A DNA stretch of 64,000 nt from Adineta vaga (Eukaryota; Animalia; Rotifera). Below are positions 50,213-64,000 of the stretch, in pieces. Both the position numbers and the translations under genes were made by a program. The first letter of the stretch is position 1; each line of letters begins with the position of its first letter. Below the pieces are notes generated by a model, which saw nothing but the letters and a program-made list of their open reading frames with translations, searched no databases and had not been told where the DNA came from. The DNA lies in contig CP075497.1 in NCBI GenBank assembly GCA_021613535.1, forward strand, positions 7,564,001-7,628,000, read 5' to 3'.

Positions 50213-53200
50213 TTAAACAACACAAACGGATATTTTTCTTAGTAGAAATAGAGCATTATTCAGTTCCTTTAATGCTTGTGGTACATCATCAGCATTTGTT
50301 AAAGCGACAACTGCATGTCCTGTTGGTCGTCCTGAACTATCTCGATGAATTTTTAATGTATCTTCAATTGGATGAAATGAACGTAAGAATTGTAAAATTT
50401 CTTCTCGTGTAGCACGAAAATGAACATTTGACATTAATAAAACTTGTCCACGATACTGATCATAACCCGGTGGTAATTGTGTTAATTGTTTTTGAGTAAA
50501 CGAAGAATTATTATTACCTCCTCTCATCATTTTTCGTCCATTTTGATCCTCCATAGAACCACTACCCATCATATTTGATGGAGATTTATCATCCTCACCA
50601 ACACCACGTGGACTAGTTGAATCATTTTTTCGTCGATCAAAACGTTGCTGATCTGATGGTGATTTATCATCATTATTGCCATTGTCATCCATACGTTCGT
50701 ATGGGAATTTACGTTTTTCACCAATAGGTCCTCCATGATACATCTGACCACCGCCACCGCCGAATTGATCTCGTCGACCTAAACCACCATTTGCTGAAAA
50801 TGTCGCACCTGATTCATCAGGTTCTTGTGATGTAGCTGCTTGAAATTCCCATAATGATAATGGACGTAACTCTAATATGCGTCCATTGAATTGTGAACGA
50901 TTCTTTTCATAAGCTTTTCGACAATCATTACTTGAACCAAAACGAACATAACATTCACCAGCTGGTCGACCTGTTTTATCATATTTAAACAGAATACCAT
51001 CTTGAACGATTTCAATTCCAGCAAAAAATGATTTAACATCATGATCACGTGTGGCATATGGAATATTACGTAAACGGAGACATGTTATTGTTGATGGTAA
51101 TTCTAAATGAAATAAATATAAATATTCTTTTTCTGTTGAGTAACATTCTTCGTAGAAAGCCACTAAATTCTATCCGCTCTCTCTCTATATTATTTACCTT
51201 CGTTATGACGTGGTCGTCGAGGATATGAATTTCCAGTATTATCACCATTTGTGTCATCGCGTGGTGGATATCGTCGTGTATCACGTTCTTTTGGTGAACG
51301 TGATCGTGAACCTAAAATTAATGAAATAGATATGAATACCATGAATAGATTCGTCTTACGTGATCGAGATCGTCCTCTTTGTCTTGAATCTCCTTCATAA
51401 TAATCTCTTCGACGATTATCTTTTGAACGAAGTGATCCTATTTCTGATTCCATTTCTTTTTTTGTAATCGGTTGAATTTCTAATCGAGATGAACCTAAAT
51501 TTCAATGAATTATTTTTCTTCGCTGTCTTTTTTTTCTTCTTACCATAATGTTCATCATGATAAAATAGTGCTTTTTCGAGATCAACTTCACTAACAAATT
51601 CAATATACGCTGTCCCACCCATGCTATTGTCATTATCATTATCTAGATAAATTCCTCGTTCAGAAACAATCTCCGAAGCGGTAAATAAACGACGAATATC
51701 TCGTTTATACCAATTCTTTGGTAAACCTATAAAATATTCGAAATAGAATATATTTATTTTCATGAAACAGATAGAAAAACTTTACCAATAACTTTCACAC
51801 AATAGCCTCCTTCTGGTTGTCGTTTTTTAACTGATGCTGGTATAAATGAATCTAGGGATGATGCAAATTCATATTCACTAGCTGGAACAATTTGTACATT
51901 AGCACCACCATAGTAAACATTATTGAATTGAGATAGTGCTTCTTCAGCATCTTCAATCGAACGAAATTGAACTACCGATTCGCCTATAGAATCAATGATT
52001 ATAGTGAGAATGTATGAATTCAAATGAGTTATCTAGTTTTACCTGTTCGTTCACCATTTTGATCATTTATCATTTTTATATCTTCCAAACGTAATTTATA
52101 ATCAGCAAATAGAAGTTTAACATCACGATAGGAATATTTTCTTGAAAGATTTTTTACACGTAGATATGGTTCACGTAATTTTGATCGTTGTTGTTGTTGT
52201 TGTGGTAAACGTGAATTATTCGATGTAAAGGACGATTGAAATTGATTACCCATATTTGAACTGAAATCTTGTTGTTGTCTTAATCGTATTTGTGGATCAT
52301 CTTGCATATGAGGATGATTCAATAATGGTCGTTGTTGTTGTTGTTGTTGTGTCTGTTGTAATCCGAAGGCTGAAGTTTGACCAGCAGCTGGTTGCATCCA
52401 CGGAGGAAGTGGAAAATTCGCTGGTAAGGGATTATTAACAGATTGAAACGGTAATTGTTGCTGAGCATTGAGAAGAGCTGTTAGAGCAGTTGGCGGTATT
52501 GTACCTGGTGGAAAGAGATTCAAAGGTGGATGAGCCCCTTGAGAAAATGCGCTAGTATTTGCTGCTGAATTTGCATCATGAAGAGATGTGTGTTGAAGAC
52601 CATGATGAGAAATCGACGGATTGGCTGAACTAGCTTGAGCTGCATTATAGATTGGTGAATTCGTATTCGTTTGCATGGGTGAATTTTGTTGTTGACTCAC
52701 AGCTTGTAAAGCAGCTAACTGTTGCAGAACTTGATTTGGTTGTGCACCTAATCCTAAATTGAATTAATATTAATTTCTATATATTTACCGTAGAAAAGAT
52801 ACTACCTTGTCCAGCGAGCTGTCCTTGTACTTGAGCAAGAACGTTTGGTGGTAAATTGCCAAGATTTGATTGTAAAAGTTGAAGAACGAGATTTGCTGGT
52901 GCAAGACCAGAAGCAGCTGGAGCACCTGTTGATGGTGTTGGTAAAACCGAAGCAGCCGAAGGTATAGCTGTTGGTGTTGTATTTGGTTTTTGCTGTTGTT
53001 GTATTTTGCTGACAACATCAAGAAATGATGACATTGGATCATTGGATACATTGGATTGTGCTGTTGATGATTGTGTTTGTTGTTGATGTTGATTTTCATC
53101 GATATCATGTGTGAATTGTTGTGAAAGAGGATCTGTACGTTTTGGTTGCGGAACATTTCCTGGTTGAGTTTGCTGATTTGGATTTGATCCTGGTATAGAT

Positions 53201-53540
53201 GATGTTGCTGGTTTACAACGTGCAGCTGCAATAACATTTTGCATTTCAATTTTTGAACTTAGAAATAATTTAACAGGTTGTTGACAGAGAAGACCACCAT
53301 CTTTTTGCATTGCTTGACGAGCGTCATCATCCGAATTAAATGCAATGAATGCATCACCTCGTTCGCCTCCAACAATATGGACGCCACCTGAAACAGAAGA
53401 TAAAGAATGTATTTCGTAGGCAGAAATTTTATAATTATCAATTGTATACCATCAGGAATCTGAAGTCCTTGGAAAAAACGACGGATATCGATTGAACGTG
53501 CTTCCCAAGGAAGATTTTCCAAACGTATAATGACCGACAT
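50213..53540 (-). CDS. RBM12: RNA-binding protein 12 (multi-RRM, Q/P-rich linker)
   Basis: N-terminal MSVIIRLENLPWEARSIDIRRFFQGLQIPDGGVHIVGGERGDAFIAF...VKLFLSSKIEMQNVI is the RBM12 RRM1 signature. Further RRMs (LRLRNIPY...GRPAGECYVRF; LMSNVHFRATREEIL...GRPTGHAVV). Confidence 0.9.
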
Positions 53541-56500
53541 AGTCAAGTTTTACTCTATAATTATGTCAATATACTGAAATAAATCAAAATAAAATCGAAT
53601 TAATAATATGAAAATAATTGATATTAACAATATAGCATCATCTTTCCTTCGGATTCACACTTGTAACGATTTAAAAACTGTAGAAGCGAATTTTGAAGAT
53701 TTCTATAGTTAGATAGAACAAGATATCGATGAGATAAATCGACAAACGGATTTACAAAGAGAACTGATAAGATTTGCTATAGTCTTCCAGAATGAAGAAA
53801 ATATCGATGATAATTTCAAATACGAAATGAACTGTTTTAATTATTAAATTAATTGAAAATCGCAAGTATTTGAGAAAAAAGAAACAGAAGAAATGAATGA
53901 TTGATACAACTCTATTTTAAATATTAATATACGTTTTGGTGGAATTATTCGAAAAGAACTGTATAAATGACTCAAGAAGACTTTTTTCAAATACATTCCG
54001 AATAGAGCAATTTTTAGAAAGTCTTTCACACTCCATCTCACACATGACCAAATTGATATTTATCAGATCACATTTACTCAGCTGTTTTAAAAATTCAAAG
54101 ATATTTTACTGACTTCATAAACATTTAAAAAAAAACAATATCGAATGATATGTTTACTTCAAGTTTTCTTTTTATCGAAAAAACTTTTTACTGTTCTCAT
54201 AAATCTGTTTCTCTAAGCATAAAGTGATGGAGTATCGAACTATCCTGGTATTCAGTTTTCACACAAATACGTTTCCTCGTGTACAAGGTTAGAATCAGAA
54301 AATCACATTATCTTTCACTTCATTCAGGAAACAAAATCATCTTAAATCATTAATTCCAATATAAATTGATTACGTTGTACATGGAATAATCTTATCATAA
54401 ATATGAACTAAATGCTTGGATAAAGTGAAATCAGCATTTATTGTGAAACTTCTTCGAAGATCACTCCTAATCAATGCTTTTTTTCGTTTGAGATAACCTT
54501 ATCTGAAAACTGATATTTATCGATATCTTTAACTCAAGTTAGATTTAATTGAATAGAACAATTACGAGTATTCTATATATATATATATATATCGTTCGGG
54601 AAGGAGTGATGATCGGATGAGTAACGATAGACTATATTCTAATCGATTCAATATATCCACAGTTAACAATACATCAATGTTTGAAGAGAATCATCATTCA
54701 TTCTGATTACTGTTCGTAGACAGAAAATACGAACATAGCTTAATATACACAGGTTAGTTACAGAATTAGCACAAATCAATAATGATTGATGATGAACTCT
54801 CACTTATATATCTTATCTATATTCTCGCACTGGAAATAATCAAACAGTTTTTGTCAGGTAATATCTTTCTCGCAGTATATTGAATCGATGAATATTAAAA
54901 ACAGTTGTGTTACGTGTACGTATGCGTGTATGTCAGACGAAATGTAAATCTTTCAGCTTCGATGTTACTACTATTGTACAGAAGTTTAAATTCACAAACG
55001 TCTCATAATTAATTGTATTCGAAATTGATTGAGATCATCAATATGACATTTGATCGTGTGCGAAAGAGAACTCATTCACTATCTGAAAATCAGTCATCTC
55101 TACTCGATTCTAATCATATCCTGACTTTTTGTAGTAATATGAAACATTGATGCATATATAAACTTGTCGAAGAAGAAAATTTCGATTCCATTTGAATAGT
55201 ATGTATAATCCGGGAATCTCATTGTCTTATTGATTCAATGTAACCATATCTCCTCAAAATCTAATTTCTTCATCTTTCCTTTGTTGATTTTATCCTACTT
55301 CAATTTGAAATAGTTGTCATAATCGACGAAATTGAAGAGCAGTTGTTGTTGTCAAATTTGTTATAATAATAAAAACTATTTGTTCAATAAACTTGACTTG
55401 TAATTCACACACACATATATATTGATACCAAAGTAAACCACATTTTATATTCATAAATCAAATTTGTTCAGATAACATACAAATGTATCAAAAAGAAAGC
55501 AGGAGGGAAGATATTATTTGATAGAAATGAATATGCGCACTATAATGCAGTTAGCAAGTGCTTTTGAAATAAGGAACTAAACGAATTCTCATCCAAATAT
55601 TTATGCTGACATAACAGAAACATATTTGTTTGAAAATGAACCAAAATATTATGTTCATTCGGATATATATATTATATAAAAATAGATGAAGTGACTATTT
55701 ATGATCGATAGAAATTCCTGAAAAAAGAACAGATGATTTCTGCTCTGGAGAATAATCGAATCTGTCTTTTGCCTTCTTTTTTTTAACATTTTCCAGTGTG
55801 CACAATTGAAAATAAGAAAAGATTTTTTTATATTTAGTTACCGTTTTTTAAGATGATGACGATGAATATCCTTGTAGTTTGATATAATGTCAAATCCGTA
55901 TGTTCTGGTAGAGAATCAATCAGTATTTATTTTATCAAAGACACTAAACAATTGTATGTGTGTATGTGATAGATTTCGCCGTCTGTGAATATACAACTGC
56001 CAAATAGTCCGATTTGAATGAGAGAAGAAAAGAAGAAAAAAATGATAGATTTGAAGATAGAAGTGAATGGAGAATTTTTCTGAAATAAAAATAAAAAATA
56101 AAGAATAAAGAATTTTACGTCAACGAGAACATATATATCATCATAAATAAAATAAAAATGGTTGCACTTTGCCTTCATCTGTTCTATACGAAATTATATA
56201 GAGGAAAATGAAGGACAGAGAGAAAAGACAACTGCACGTCCAAATAGACCCGTCGATAGGCAGAACTAACTAAGAAGAAAAATCGACGAGTAGCGTGTTT
56301 TTTTTTCTCTCTCTTTTTTCTCGTCTTTTGCGCTCGTTGGTTCCCCGTTCCCGACCGTTGTCAATAGAGACGGTCGACGAATAAAAATTCACGAATAGAA
56401 AAACATAGAACTAAAAAAACAACAAATCTTTGTTATATTTTTAGTCAATATCACGATTATTGATGAGAAGTATACTTAAGAGTTTCGTTTTCTAGTATTG

Positions 56501-56749
56501 AATGTAATCGTAGATGATTTTCAAGCAATGTGTATAAAGTAAAGTTCGATACAATATTGAAATTGATTTCTTCTGATTGAAAGGAAAATATTTTCCTCAC
56601 CTTGAACGGATATTATCCGTTAAATATGTTCTTTACGATAATATTATCAGAAAAAGTAGTTTACTGCTGGTATTGCTTCGAATTTTTGTTCGTTTTATGT
56701 ACTAAAGTCGTTATGGTTGATTGATTTGTTTTTGAAAACATATCGACTC

Positions 56750-56757
56750 TATATAAA
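56750..56757 (+). promoter_or_regulatory. Candidate TATA box of the histidine phosphatase gene
   Basis: TATATAAA about 50 bp upstream of ATG 56806. AT-rich background limits significance. Confidence 0.3.
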
Positions 56758-56805
56758 TAAACTAATACTTTTTTAACGATCAAAACTATAAACACATTTA
56801 AGAAT

Positions 56806-57642
56806 ATGAAGAGACATCAGACAGCAATGAGAAAACCACGTATTATTATTATGCGACATTCGGAACGATTAGATTATGTTTTACAAAATCCCGATTGGCC
56901 ATCCGAAGCTTTTGTTAATGGAGTTTATACTCCACATATGAGACAATTACCAACATTATTACCACATCGTACAGATCCTTTTGATCATGTTCTGGATACA
57001 CCATTGAGTAGATATGGTAAAGATCATGCAAAACGTACAGGAGAATTTTTTCGTTCATTACACTTAATACCTGATCTAGTTTATACATCACCTGCAATGC
57101 GTTGTATTCAAACAGCTGATGCTGTTTTGCATGGCTGTGGAGTTCGAAGAAATGTACCACTTAAAGTTGATCTTGCACTTCATGAACCAATACGAAGAGA
57201 ATTACCAATACAATCAGCAAATTTCTTTTCCTCAGCTGGTTTTAATATTGATTTGCAATATCATCCTTCATTTCCATCGACTGATAGTCGTCTTATTCTT
57301 GGAGAATCACGTTTAAATTATTTTCGTCGAACACATTATGTATTAAAGAGAATTACAGATAGACTACTTAATAGAACGAGAAAAGGACTATTTTCATCAC
57401 CACCAACAGTACTAATAGTCACACATCGGGCTGGTGTGACATTACTTGCTTCTATGCTCAATCTTGATAGTGTGGATGATAAATTAACTTATCTTAATGA
57501 ACTAGAAAGTAATAAACGTAACGAAGTGAATTTTCTATCGATGGTTGTTGCTGAATATGATGGAACAAGCGGTCTATGGTCATTTATATCCGATTTTGCT
57601 CATATGCGTAAAACTCAACGTAGTAAAAGTTTGTTTTTCTAG
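56806..57642 (+). CDS. Intronless histidine phosphatase (PGM family), Sts/UBASH3 / ecdysteroid-phosphate-phosphatase-like stand-alone domain
   Basis: IIIMRHSERLD, DTPLSRYG, VYTSPAMRCIQTA, ESRLNYFRR, VLIVTH. Single 278-aa ORF. Confidence 0.85.
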   Translation: MKRHQTAMRKPRIIIMRHSERLDYVLQNPDWPSEAFVNGVYTPHMRQLPTLLPHRTDPFDHVLDTPLSRYGKDHAKRTGEFFRSLHLIPDLVYTSPAMRCIQTADAVLHGCGVRRNVPLKVDLALHEPIRRELPIQSANFFSSAGFNIDLQYHPSFPSTDSRLILGESRLNYFRRTHYVLKRITDRLLNRTRKGLFSSPPTVLIVTHRAGVTLLASMLNLDSVDDKLTYLNELESNKRNEVNFLSMVVAEYDGTSGLWSFISDFAHMRKTQRSKSLFF

Positions 57643-58514
57643 AGAAAAAAACAACCTTCTTTGACATTTTGTGCAATAGATATATATATATAAATCACAA
57701 AACAAAATGACTTCTGTTCTTTTGGTTATAGAAATAAATATAAAAACATTGAGAAACTTACATTATCAAAAAAATGAATTATTTTACTAAGGACATGTAT
57801 TTCATGTCTAATGTGTAATAGTAAATCATTCGCTTTTTCTATTGGTTCAAATGGATGTTCATTGTTGAGGTCGATGATCGTTGTATATGGTTGCTAGTCA
57901 AAGAAAATTATGATGTCGCTAACTATTCATTTTCTTTTTCTTTATACTCTCGACATTTGTCTGTTCTTTTATTCTTCTTGTGTTTTCTATCGTTTGATTA
58001 ATAATTCTCTCTGTATATATTTGATTATTTTAAGATTCATACAAATAATTTATTCTATTTTTCATCCATGATATGTTCAATATAAATTAGAATTTGATTG
58101 TCAGGTGAGACTTGTTGTTTTTGTTTTTGATACATTAAATAAATAAGATAGAGTTTGTCATTTCGATTCCTTTTTTTCCAAATCGAATCATCCATAGTCT
58201 CTATTAAAATTTAATATTAGTTAGAAAAACCTAAATATATGTTCAATGAGAAGTTTGCTTGATGTCATTGCTCGTTCTTTGTCTATCATCTAGACAACAA
58301 ATTACATTTCTTCTTCTTCTTTTTCTTCTCTTGCTCGCGTTTCTCATATGGTCAACATGTATTGTCGGTCATTGTATATATGCATGTCTCGTGCACTCTA
58401 TGTCCAAGTATGTAGCCGAAAGTTACTGCTATTTTGATTTATAACGTTTAGTATATCTAACTATCTACATTAGATGTGCATGAAAAAGTATGGATTGCAT
58501 GAAATGAGACTGAA

Positions 58515-58531
58515 AGAGAGAGAGAGAGAGT
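58515..58531. repeat. (AG)n microsatellite
   Basis: AG dinucleotide run seen directly. Confidence 0.85.
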
Positions 58532-59440
58532 AAACGACATGAAAGCTAATAAGATCGATATGAAATATATATCAGAAGAGAAAGAAGTAACTGATGATGG
58601 TAAACGATCCTTTTTTGTCCCTTTTGTTGATTATATTTGTTCATTCAAGGTTGTTTCTGATTACATCGAAGCAAATAGAAAAAGATTGTACTCGTCACAA
58701 TGACTTTCCGGCTTTTTCTTTTCTAACTAGTCAAGTATTTATATATATTTGTGTGTGTGAGTGTGCGAGAGAGAGAGATGGAATCGAAGCACGCGAGAGA
58801 ATAAAGTTCTATTTGTTAAATAGATGAATAAATTGCATTTTTTCAGATACCAGATGTTTTATGTCGTGAATTATGTGACAGAAATGAAAAACTATAAAAT
58901 GTTATTTGCATGAGTAAGCTACGTTTATCTACTAGGCAGATAAGTATTATCGCAGAATATAAATAGATGAATGAATAACGAGATTCTATTGTTTAGGATA
59001 TTTTTTTCGTTTAAATCCATACCTTTAGGACAATAGAGAAGAGTTGATGTAACATGTAAAAAATGAATTGAAGAGATTTTATAACATAACATATAAAGTC
59101 CTTAAGGGATTTATGCTCTACTTATTTCATGATGATTGACTTTGCTATAATAAAAAATGTTACATTCTTTCTTCTTGAGAACAAATTTTTGATACAGATC
59201 GATAAGACTTCATACTGATACATATGAACAGTATATATGCAAACTTTTTTTTTTCTCTCTTTTCATATGACCTTTGCTTCTCTTTGTTGGACATGACAGA
59301 ATCGATTGGTAATTAATCTTTCATATGTTTGATCTAGAAATATAGACATTAACTCAATTCTTTTCCCATAATCTCGACAAAAGAGAATTTTCATAATCGT
59401 TTTTTTCTAGTTATAATCAATTGTTACTTATATCTTCATT

Positions 59441-62400
59441 ATGCCTGGCGAAACTAAATTAGATGACCGACAACATGAACGTCATGTTTATTCATATACA
59501 TATAAGTCAGATGGTGATGCTGATGAAAATCCTCAAACAAATATTATGAAAGTAACAACAACGGTTGAAGAAGAGACAACACCCGACGGGATAAAAGTTG
59601 TACGAAAAAGAGAAGAATCTCAACAAGTTTCGAAAATTACCAAAGTCGAGAAAATTACTCGTGTCCATCATCATTTGATCGAACCATTGAACGGTGAATC
59701 GAATGGATATACTGATTCTAAACATAAAAGTTTGCTGAAACATGAATCAAGTGGCGGATTTCTTTCGAATTCATCCTATGCACAATATGAAAGTCTTACA
59801 AAAGGATTAACAAATGGAATGAAAAATTTCAATATTAATGAGAATAACAATACGGATGGATATTCAAATGGACGAAATGGCTCTCAACAACCGTTCAATG
59901 GAAATAGTTATAATGAACCAGAAAATAATAAAAGTATACTTTGTTTAAATTATCTTTTCTTAACAATGATTTTTCTTTTTTCTAGTAAGTACAGATGAGA
60001 AAAGCATGGGTTACGATCCCAATGATCCAAATTTAGTTGATGAACCTGATCTTGACGTAGAAAATCCATATGAAGGTCTAGGACCAGGTCGATCTGATCC
60101 AGTCAGTCGTGTTCTTATGCCAACAGCGGGACGACAATCACCAGATAGTATTGGACACGGTAATTCATTATTCCATTACATTTTTTGCTATAGTTGCTTG
60201 CTTTGTTTGTATATGCATTCCCTAATAAATTATTTCAGCTCCTCCTGGTTATGGTGAAGACTATGGAACAATAAGTCGTATGTATGCACCATATGGTCTA
60301 AATGAAGATGATTATACATCAAAAAGACGATCACCTTCTGTTGATACAGAATTTCGAGGTAAAATTTTCTTGCTTATTCCTGCATTGCTTTGCTTCACTT
60401 CTTTACACTATGGATTTATTTCATGACTATATATATATATGTATATTTTATAGAACAACATTGGCGTGATCCTGATTTAGAAGAAGTAATTGAATATCTT
60501 ACTCATTCAAGTGACGTGATTAAAGAGAATGCTGCCGCATATTTACAACATTTATGTTATAACGATGATAATATTAAATCTAAAACACGATCATTAAATG
60601 GAATAACTTATTTAGTTGCATTATTAAATCATGAAAAAGTAGAAATTCAAAAGAATGCATGTGGTGCTTTAAGAAATTTATGTTATGGAAAACGAAATGA
60701 TGAAAATAAAGTTCGAAAAAAAGATTTCTTTTTTTTAGACAAAAGAATTTCCTCTTTATTTATAGATTGAATTGAAAGATCGTGGTGGAATACCTGCATT
60801 AATTCATCTTTTACGTCGTACACCATATGAAGATGTTCGTGAAGCAGTTACAGCTGTACTTTGGAATGCTTCATCATCTCCTCATTTAAAAGGACAAATC
60901 GTTGATGAAGGTTTAAATGTTCTGGTAAAAAATATTCTTATTCCATTTTCGGGTTGGGATTCAGACATCAATAGACGATTAAATCCACAAGGAAAATTTC
61001 CACCCGTATTTAAAAATACAACCGGAATACTTCGGTAATGTTCGATTAGAATAGATCAATATTGGGAAATTAAATGTTATTTCTTCATTGTAGTAATTGT
61101 TCATCTGCTGATTATGAAGGTCGTCGTAAAATGCGTGAATGTGAAGGATTTATTCCATCATTACTTCATGCAGTTAATTCCAGTCTACAATCTTTAACTG
61201 AAATTGATAACAAATCCATTGAAAATTGTATGTGTGTTTTACGTAATTTATCTTACAAATTACAAGAAGTCATTGATCGAGATTATGATCGAAATTATCC
61301 ATCGAATATGAATACGACATCAACATGGAGTATGTCACCAGGAGCATCGAATGAAAAAATTAAAACGGGTTGTATGAGTTCGAAACAAAAGAAAACTAAA
61401 CAAATATATGAGCAAACAGGAAATAATATCTATGCTGTTATGCCACCACGACAAGGTCGACCTGTAGAAATGCTTTGGCAACCAGATGTCATTGTTACAT
61501 ATGTTCATCTCCTACGTAATAGTAGTAATCCAGATACATTAGAAGCAACGGCTGGTTGTATTCAAAATTTAAGTAAGGATTTTCATTTCTGTTGTTTCCT
61601 TTCATTAAAAAAATGTACATACATTGATTGATCTTTTCTTATTTAGCTGCTTGTTATTGGAAACCATCCATTGATTTACGTGCTGAAGTTCGAAAAGCTC
61701 GTGGTCTTGCTGAATTAGTTGATTTATTACGTGTCGTCGAATGTGATTCCGTTGTCAATGCATCAGCAATTGCTTTACGTAACTTAGCCATTGATCCAAA
61801 AAATTGTGATGTATTAGGTGGATGGGCTATTAAAGAATTGGTTGCTGTTTTACCTGATCCATCGGAACAATCAGCAAGTCGTCGTCGACATTCAGATGAA
61901 ACATTTGCATCAGTATTGGCTGCATTGAATGAAATCATTCGTACAAATGAAGTAAATGCAAAGATTTTATTTCAAGAAGGTGGCGTGACAAAAATGAAAG
62001 GTATTATGAATGCAAAAGGAAATACTTACAATTCAAAAGTTATTAAATATACTGCACATGTACTTAATACAATGTATAAACATAAATCATTACACGAATT
62101 TTATAAACAAAATAGTTATAAAGAAAATGATTTTCTACAACATCGATCAATCAATTCAAAATCATTAACATCAAGTCCACAATCAACATTACATAGACCA
62201 CGAGGTGATATGGGACAGCCAACACATTTTACAACAAAAGGAAAACAAATTGTTCGTCCACAAAGTAAAATCTAAGAAAATGATTGATTAATATAGAGAG
62301 AAAAAAACGAGAGATTTATATTTGATTTTTAGGATCGGAAGAATATCGAATGCAAAAACTGAATCAAAGTGCTGATAATCTATCAAGAACATATGGAAAT

Positions 62401-62659
62401 GGAGTAAGTCGTCGATATTTTCTAGCAATACAGTTTCACTGATTAGTATGCCTCTCAATATATGACTTTTTTTTGTCCATTGAATAGAATGTAATAATTT
62501 CCAAGAAATAATTTATGTCTTCTTTAGATGACACCGACTCATATGGATCCACATGCTGATTTATATGCTACAGTTCATAAAACTCGTTCACAACAAGTTC
62601 AACCAGCAACATGGAATCAACTAAATAATCCATCTGCATCGCCTGATTCCTGGGTATAA
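59441..62659 (+). CDS. CTNND2: Delta-catenin / p120-family armadillo protein
   Basis: WRDPDLEEVIEYL, NAAAYLQHLCY, ACGALRNL, NCSSADYEGRRKMREC, ENCMCVLRNLSY, TLEATAGCIQNL, C-terminal PDZ ligand PDSWV* (TAA at 62657-62659). Confidence 0.93.
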
Positions 62660-63015
62660 TCTCATCGTTTCTTTTTCTCTTAAGCAAAATCTGTCAGATG
62701 TAAATTTGCCAAGACATAATACAAATTCAATGAAACTTTTGGTCTTCTCTTTTCTTTTATGATGCGTTTTTGTGCAATCTTTTCGTTGATATGCAAAGGA
62801 AGAAATCTGATGTTTTTCTTTTCATACGAGTTAATCAACACGTTTAATGTATAAAAGTGTTATTTTCTCTTTAATCAAGTTTTGTGTGTACGTTTGTTCT
62901 GTCTCTTCTCCTTGTTTCTTCGAACACAATCTCTTTTATAAAATAAAATTAAGAAATAATCAGATAAAGCAAAGAAGAAAAAAAAACGATAGTACATTCC
63001 ATTGACATTGTAAGA

Positions 63016-64000
63016 TTAACTATTCTTTTTCTCGGTTGGAATAATATATGGTTCTTTCAAACGAGGATCTTCATTAAGTTTAGTTTCCAATTGCAAATAT
63101 TTCTCTGTTGTTAATTGTTTATGTCTAGAAGAAAACGAATTTTCTTTTTCTTTCTATTGAAAAACAAAATAGATAAAGTTTGAACAAACCGATCTAATCG
63201 TTCTTCAAGTATATGTAAACGAAATTGTGCTTCTTGACATAAACGTTGATATTCGAGTTCATCTTCTTTCGTCATACCAATTTGATGTTTCTGATACCAT
63301 TGCTGTTTAGTTACAAGTTCTTGAATTTCACTTTCATAACGTGCTTGCATGAGATTAGCTTTACGAATGGAACGTTCTTTAAAGTCACGTTGAGCAGCAA
63401 TACGTAATTGTTGAGCAATTTGTGCATTGATTCGAGTAGGATTACCTTTAAAGAATTGTTATGAAAAGTAAATATAGTGTTGCAAAAAAGACAGATGAAA
63501 TACAAACCAATAGCAGCAAGAAATGGTGCAAGATAATTAATTTCAGGAATTTTCTTTTTATCACTTTCTTCTTTAGCTTTTTTCTCCTAAGAAAAGAAAT
63601 TCAATTGCAAATCGTCTATCTCAATTAAATTGTTTACTAACCAATGCTTCTCTATATTGTTTGGCTTTAATATTTCGATCTGTATCATAAACACTAACTT
63701 CGAGATCACTCGAAAGTTCTTCTTGTTGACGACGATATTCAAGATCACGTGTCTTTTAGAAACAGATATATTGATTTCTATGTAAAAGATAAAATATTTA
63801 CTTCTTCTTCAGCTCTTCGAACACGTCGAATAACTTCTTCTTCTTGTTCCATTAATTTAAGCATTTTATAATACAAATCACGTTTAGATAATTGTTTAAA
63901 ATCTTCATCAGCTTGGTAAGTTTCAAGTAGATCATCACTCCATTTTAATGTGACAGTTTTATCATTCCAATTCGCCTAAATCAATTAGAAAATGAATGCT
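63016..64000 (-). CDS. DRC7: Dynein regulatory complex subunit 7 (CCDC135), 3' portion; gene continues beyond the window
   Basis: LEVSVYDTDRNIKAK, NYLAPFLAAIG, RKANLMQARYESEIQEL...KQQWYQ, AQFRLHILEERLDRHK, KLNEDPRL. Stop at 63016-63018. Confidence 0.88.

Noticed and set aside
56352-56400. Hairpin as a Helitron 3' end
   Set aside because: No CTRR terminus at the expected distance on either strand.
62488-62490. Possible 3-nt microexon (AG|AAT|GT) in the last delta-catenin intron
   Set aside because: It would leave a 37-nt downstream intron, shorter than typical here, and is not needed for frame.
1-64000. CRISPR arrays, bacterial operons, rRNA/tRNA or spliced-leader RNA genes
   Set aside because: The sequence is spliceosomal-intron-rich animal DNA; no regularly spaced repeats, cloverleaf or recognisable SL sequence was found by eye. 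tRNAscan-SE/Infernal would be needed to exclude them fully.

Overview
Eukaryotic, not prokaryotic: AT-rich, gene-dense animal DNA with many short (~45-60 bp) GT-AG introns, so the ORF track shows only exon fragments. Gene content, intron size and composition best fit a bdelloid rotifer (Adineta/Rotaria-like). That assignment is an inference from style, not a database result. I could reconstruct 19 genes by hand-splicing, in order: ERLEC1, GCN1, an SLC43-like transporter, an S1 serine protease, four apparent orphan genes (one His/Pro-rich), a signal-peptide-bearing aldo-keto reductase, an intronless isochorismatase-glutathione S-transferase fusion, RSPH4/6, NR2E1/tailless, LRRC27, SPATA48/SPMIP7, a KCC-type SLC12, a 7-EC protocadherin, RBM12, an intronless Sts/UBASH3-type histidine phosphatase and delta-catenin. 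The 3' part of a 20th gene, DRC7, ends the window. The best candidate for an undescribed system is the 25.5-28.8 kb convergent pair: a secretory, multiply glycosylatable AKR facing an intronless (possibly horizontally acquired) cysteine-hydrolase-GST fusion, the latter preceded by an inverted pair of ATF4/C-EBP-type elements. Other notable points are a very tight ERLEC1-GCN1 spacer, a C-terminally shortened GCN1, X-box-like motifs in front of three ciliary genes, and a 10-nt microexon plus a GC-AG intron in the KCC gene. No tRNA, rRNA, CRISPR or intact transposon was recognised. CDS coordinates span start codon to stop codon including introns.
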